Assembly (NCBI GenBank): GCA_037379345.1
Contig: CM074518.1
Location: forward strand, 26,226,001-26,290,000
Direction of reading: 5' to 3'
Source of the DNA: Perna viridis
Taxonomy: Eukaryota
DNA length: 64,000 nt
The notes under the pieces are model-generated. The model was not told where the DNA came from, did no database searches, and worked only from the letters and a program-made list of their open reading frames with translations. Of this stretch, positions 62,490-64,000 are shown piece after piece (position 1 is the stretch's first letter; each line of letters opens with the position of its first letter). The translations under genes were made by a program, and so were the position numbers.

Positions 62490-64000
62490 CGATTTAGTTG
62501 TCTACTATACATGACAAATATGTAGTCGTACCCGCAGACAAAGCCCAAAACAACGTTGTTTTCGTCTGAAAAACATCCAATGTTTATTATCAGAGGTAGA
62601 CGTAGAAAATAACAGCAGTGATGCTACCACACTCTCCAAAGAGGAAATTTACTCTCTATGTACTGAAGTCCTAAACTCCACAACAATCCATACAAACAAC
62701 GTTACACAGCTGGATCTGCAAAATGCACCACAAAACCTCTTTCAAAATTTTTAACTTCTATACTCACAACTATCAAAAGGGTCTGCACTCCTACAACAAC
62801 ACTTATTACTCCCATAGTGGTATTAATTCAATGTGGATCATGAATTCGAAAGATCTTTTGGAGACAATCAGTTCGAGACTATTATCAGAATATAATAGCA
62901 TTAAAACCTATGATTTTTCAACACTGCATACTTCTATCCCCCATACTCAGTTAAAATCCCGACTTAACAACAGTATACATCGTTGTTTTTCAAAACAAAA
63001 TGGTACACCTAGATACAAATATATTGTTCTTGGTAGCGATTTCTCATTCTTCGTAAGAAATAATTCCAAATCATCTTCCAAATATACAGAGGAAAATGTT
63101 AACAAAATGCTGGAATTTATTATCGACAACATATTTGTCAAGTGTAGTGGACGCTTTTTTCAACAAACGGTCGGCATTTCAATGGGAACGAATTGTGCTC
63201 CTCTACTTGCTGACCTATTATTCCACTCTTATGAGGCTGACTTTATAACTGATCTGATCAGATAGAAAGAATATTGTTTAGCTAAATTATTTAATCTCAG
63301 TTTCCGCTATAAAGATGACGTATTATCTTTAAACAATCCTAATTTCGGGAATTCGATATATCTCATCTACCACAAAGAACTTGAGATAAAGGATACTACA
63401 GACACCGAGAAGTCAGCGTCGTATCTTGACCTACACTTGTAAATCGATGGTAAAGGATAACTATTAACCAAACTTTACGACAACCGTTATGACTTTTTTA
63501 TTTAGAATTGTCAACTTTCCTTACTTCTGTGGCAATATCCCTTCAGCACCTGCGTATACAGTGTTCATATCACAACTCATGCGTTTTGCCATAGCTTGCC
63601 GAAACTACGCAGACTTTTTGTATCGCGCTAGAATTCTAACAAATAGGCTTATGGAACATGGTTATGTTGCTACAAGATTGAAGTCATCACTACAGAAGTT
63701 TTATGGTCGTCATCATGAACTCGGGGATCGTTTACGGTGTATCCATCTGCACCATGAAAACTGATTTATTCAACGTTTCATACTTTTCCTTTCCTCGTTT
63801 GTCTACCCCGGAATTGACTTTTTATAAGCAACTCGGCGGGTGTTTCTAGAAAAGCAGAGGACGCTTACCCTACCGATGCACCTGGTCCATGCCTTCACTT
63901 TTTAGTGGAGTTTGAGTTGCCCATTTGCTTTTGTTACTTTATATGTATGATTTTAGTCACTTCATGTTCTTTGTTCTGAATGTCTCTTTTCCATGTCTGG
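62490..64000 (+). mobile_element. Penelope-like retroelement, longest copy in the window, decayed
   Basis: YDFSTLHTSIPH, QQTVGISMGTNCAPLLADL, FRYKDD, SASYLDL, NIPSAPAY, KFYGRHH; several stops. Confidence 0.92.

Overview
AT-rich, intron- and repeat-rich animal DNA. The repeat families and gene content suggest a bivalve mollusc, most like a mussel (inference). The dominant feature is a full-length, GC-rich 13,369-bp endogenous Polinton/Maverick (adintovirus-type) element at 46178-59546, with AGTAGT...ACTACT termini, 122-bp perfect TIRs and a 6-bp TSD (CCTAAC). It encodes a TP/vOTU-pPolB, an adenain-like protease, a fibre-like protein, a Zn-ribbon/PLA2/integrase/chromodomain fusion, a packaging ATPase, a Cys-rich ORF missed by the ORF track, major and minor capsid proteins, pVI- and pX-like core proteins and terminal accessory genes. 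Most ORFs carry stops or frameshifts. The element has a very regular cis-regulatory grammar: a TA(G/A)ATAAA-TG motif at nearly every internal gene start, hairpins at transcription-unit ends, and a 22-bp array displaying TTAGGG in hairpin loops. Together these suggest a late-gene programme, possibly dependent on a helper virus (hypothesis). The host flank has the last two exons of an SMPDL3-like phosphodiesterase, a cluster of divergent Cys-rich Ig-like/transmembrane receptor exons, and exons of a possibly inactivated HEPN-like domain. It also has two recent tandem duplications, many decayed TEs (L1/Tx1 with a nested solo LTR, HERO-type, Penelope-like, Academ-like, IS3EU-like, SINE/MITEs) and a 145-N gap. 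All family calls come from motif recognition by eye; no database searches were run.
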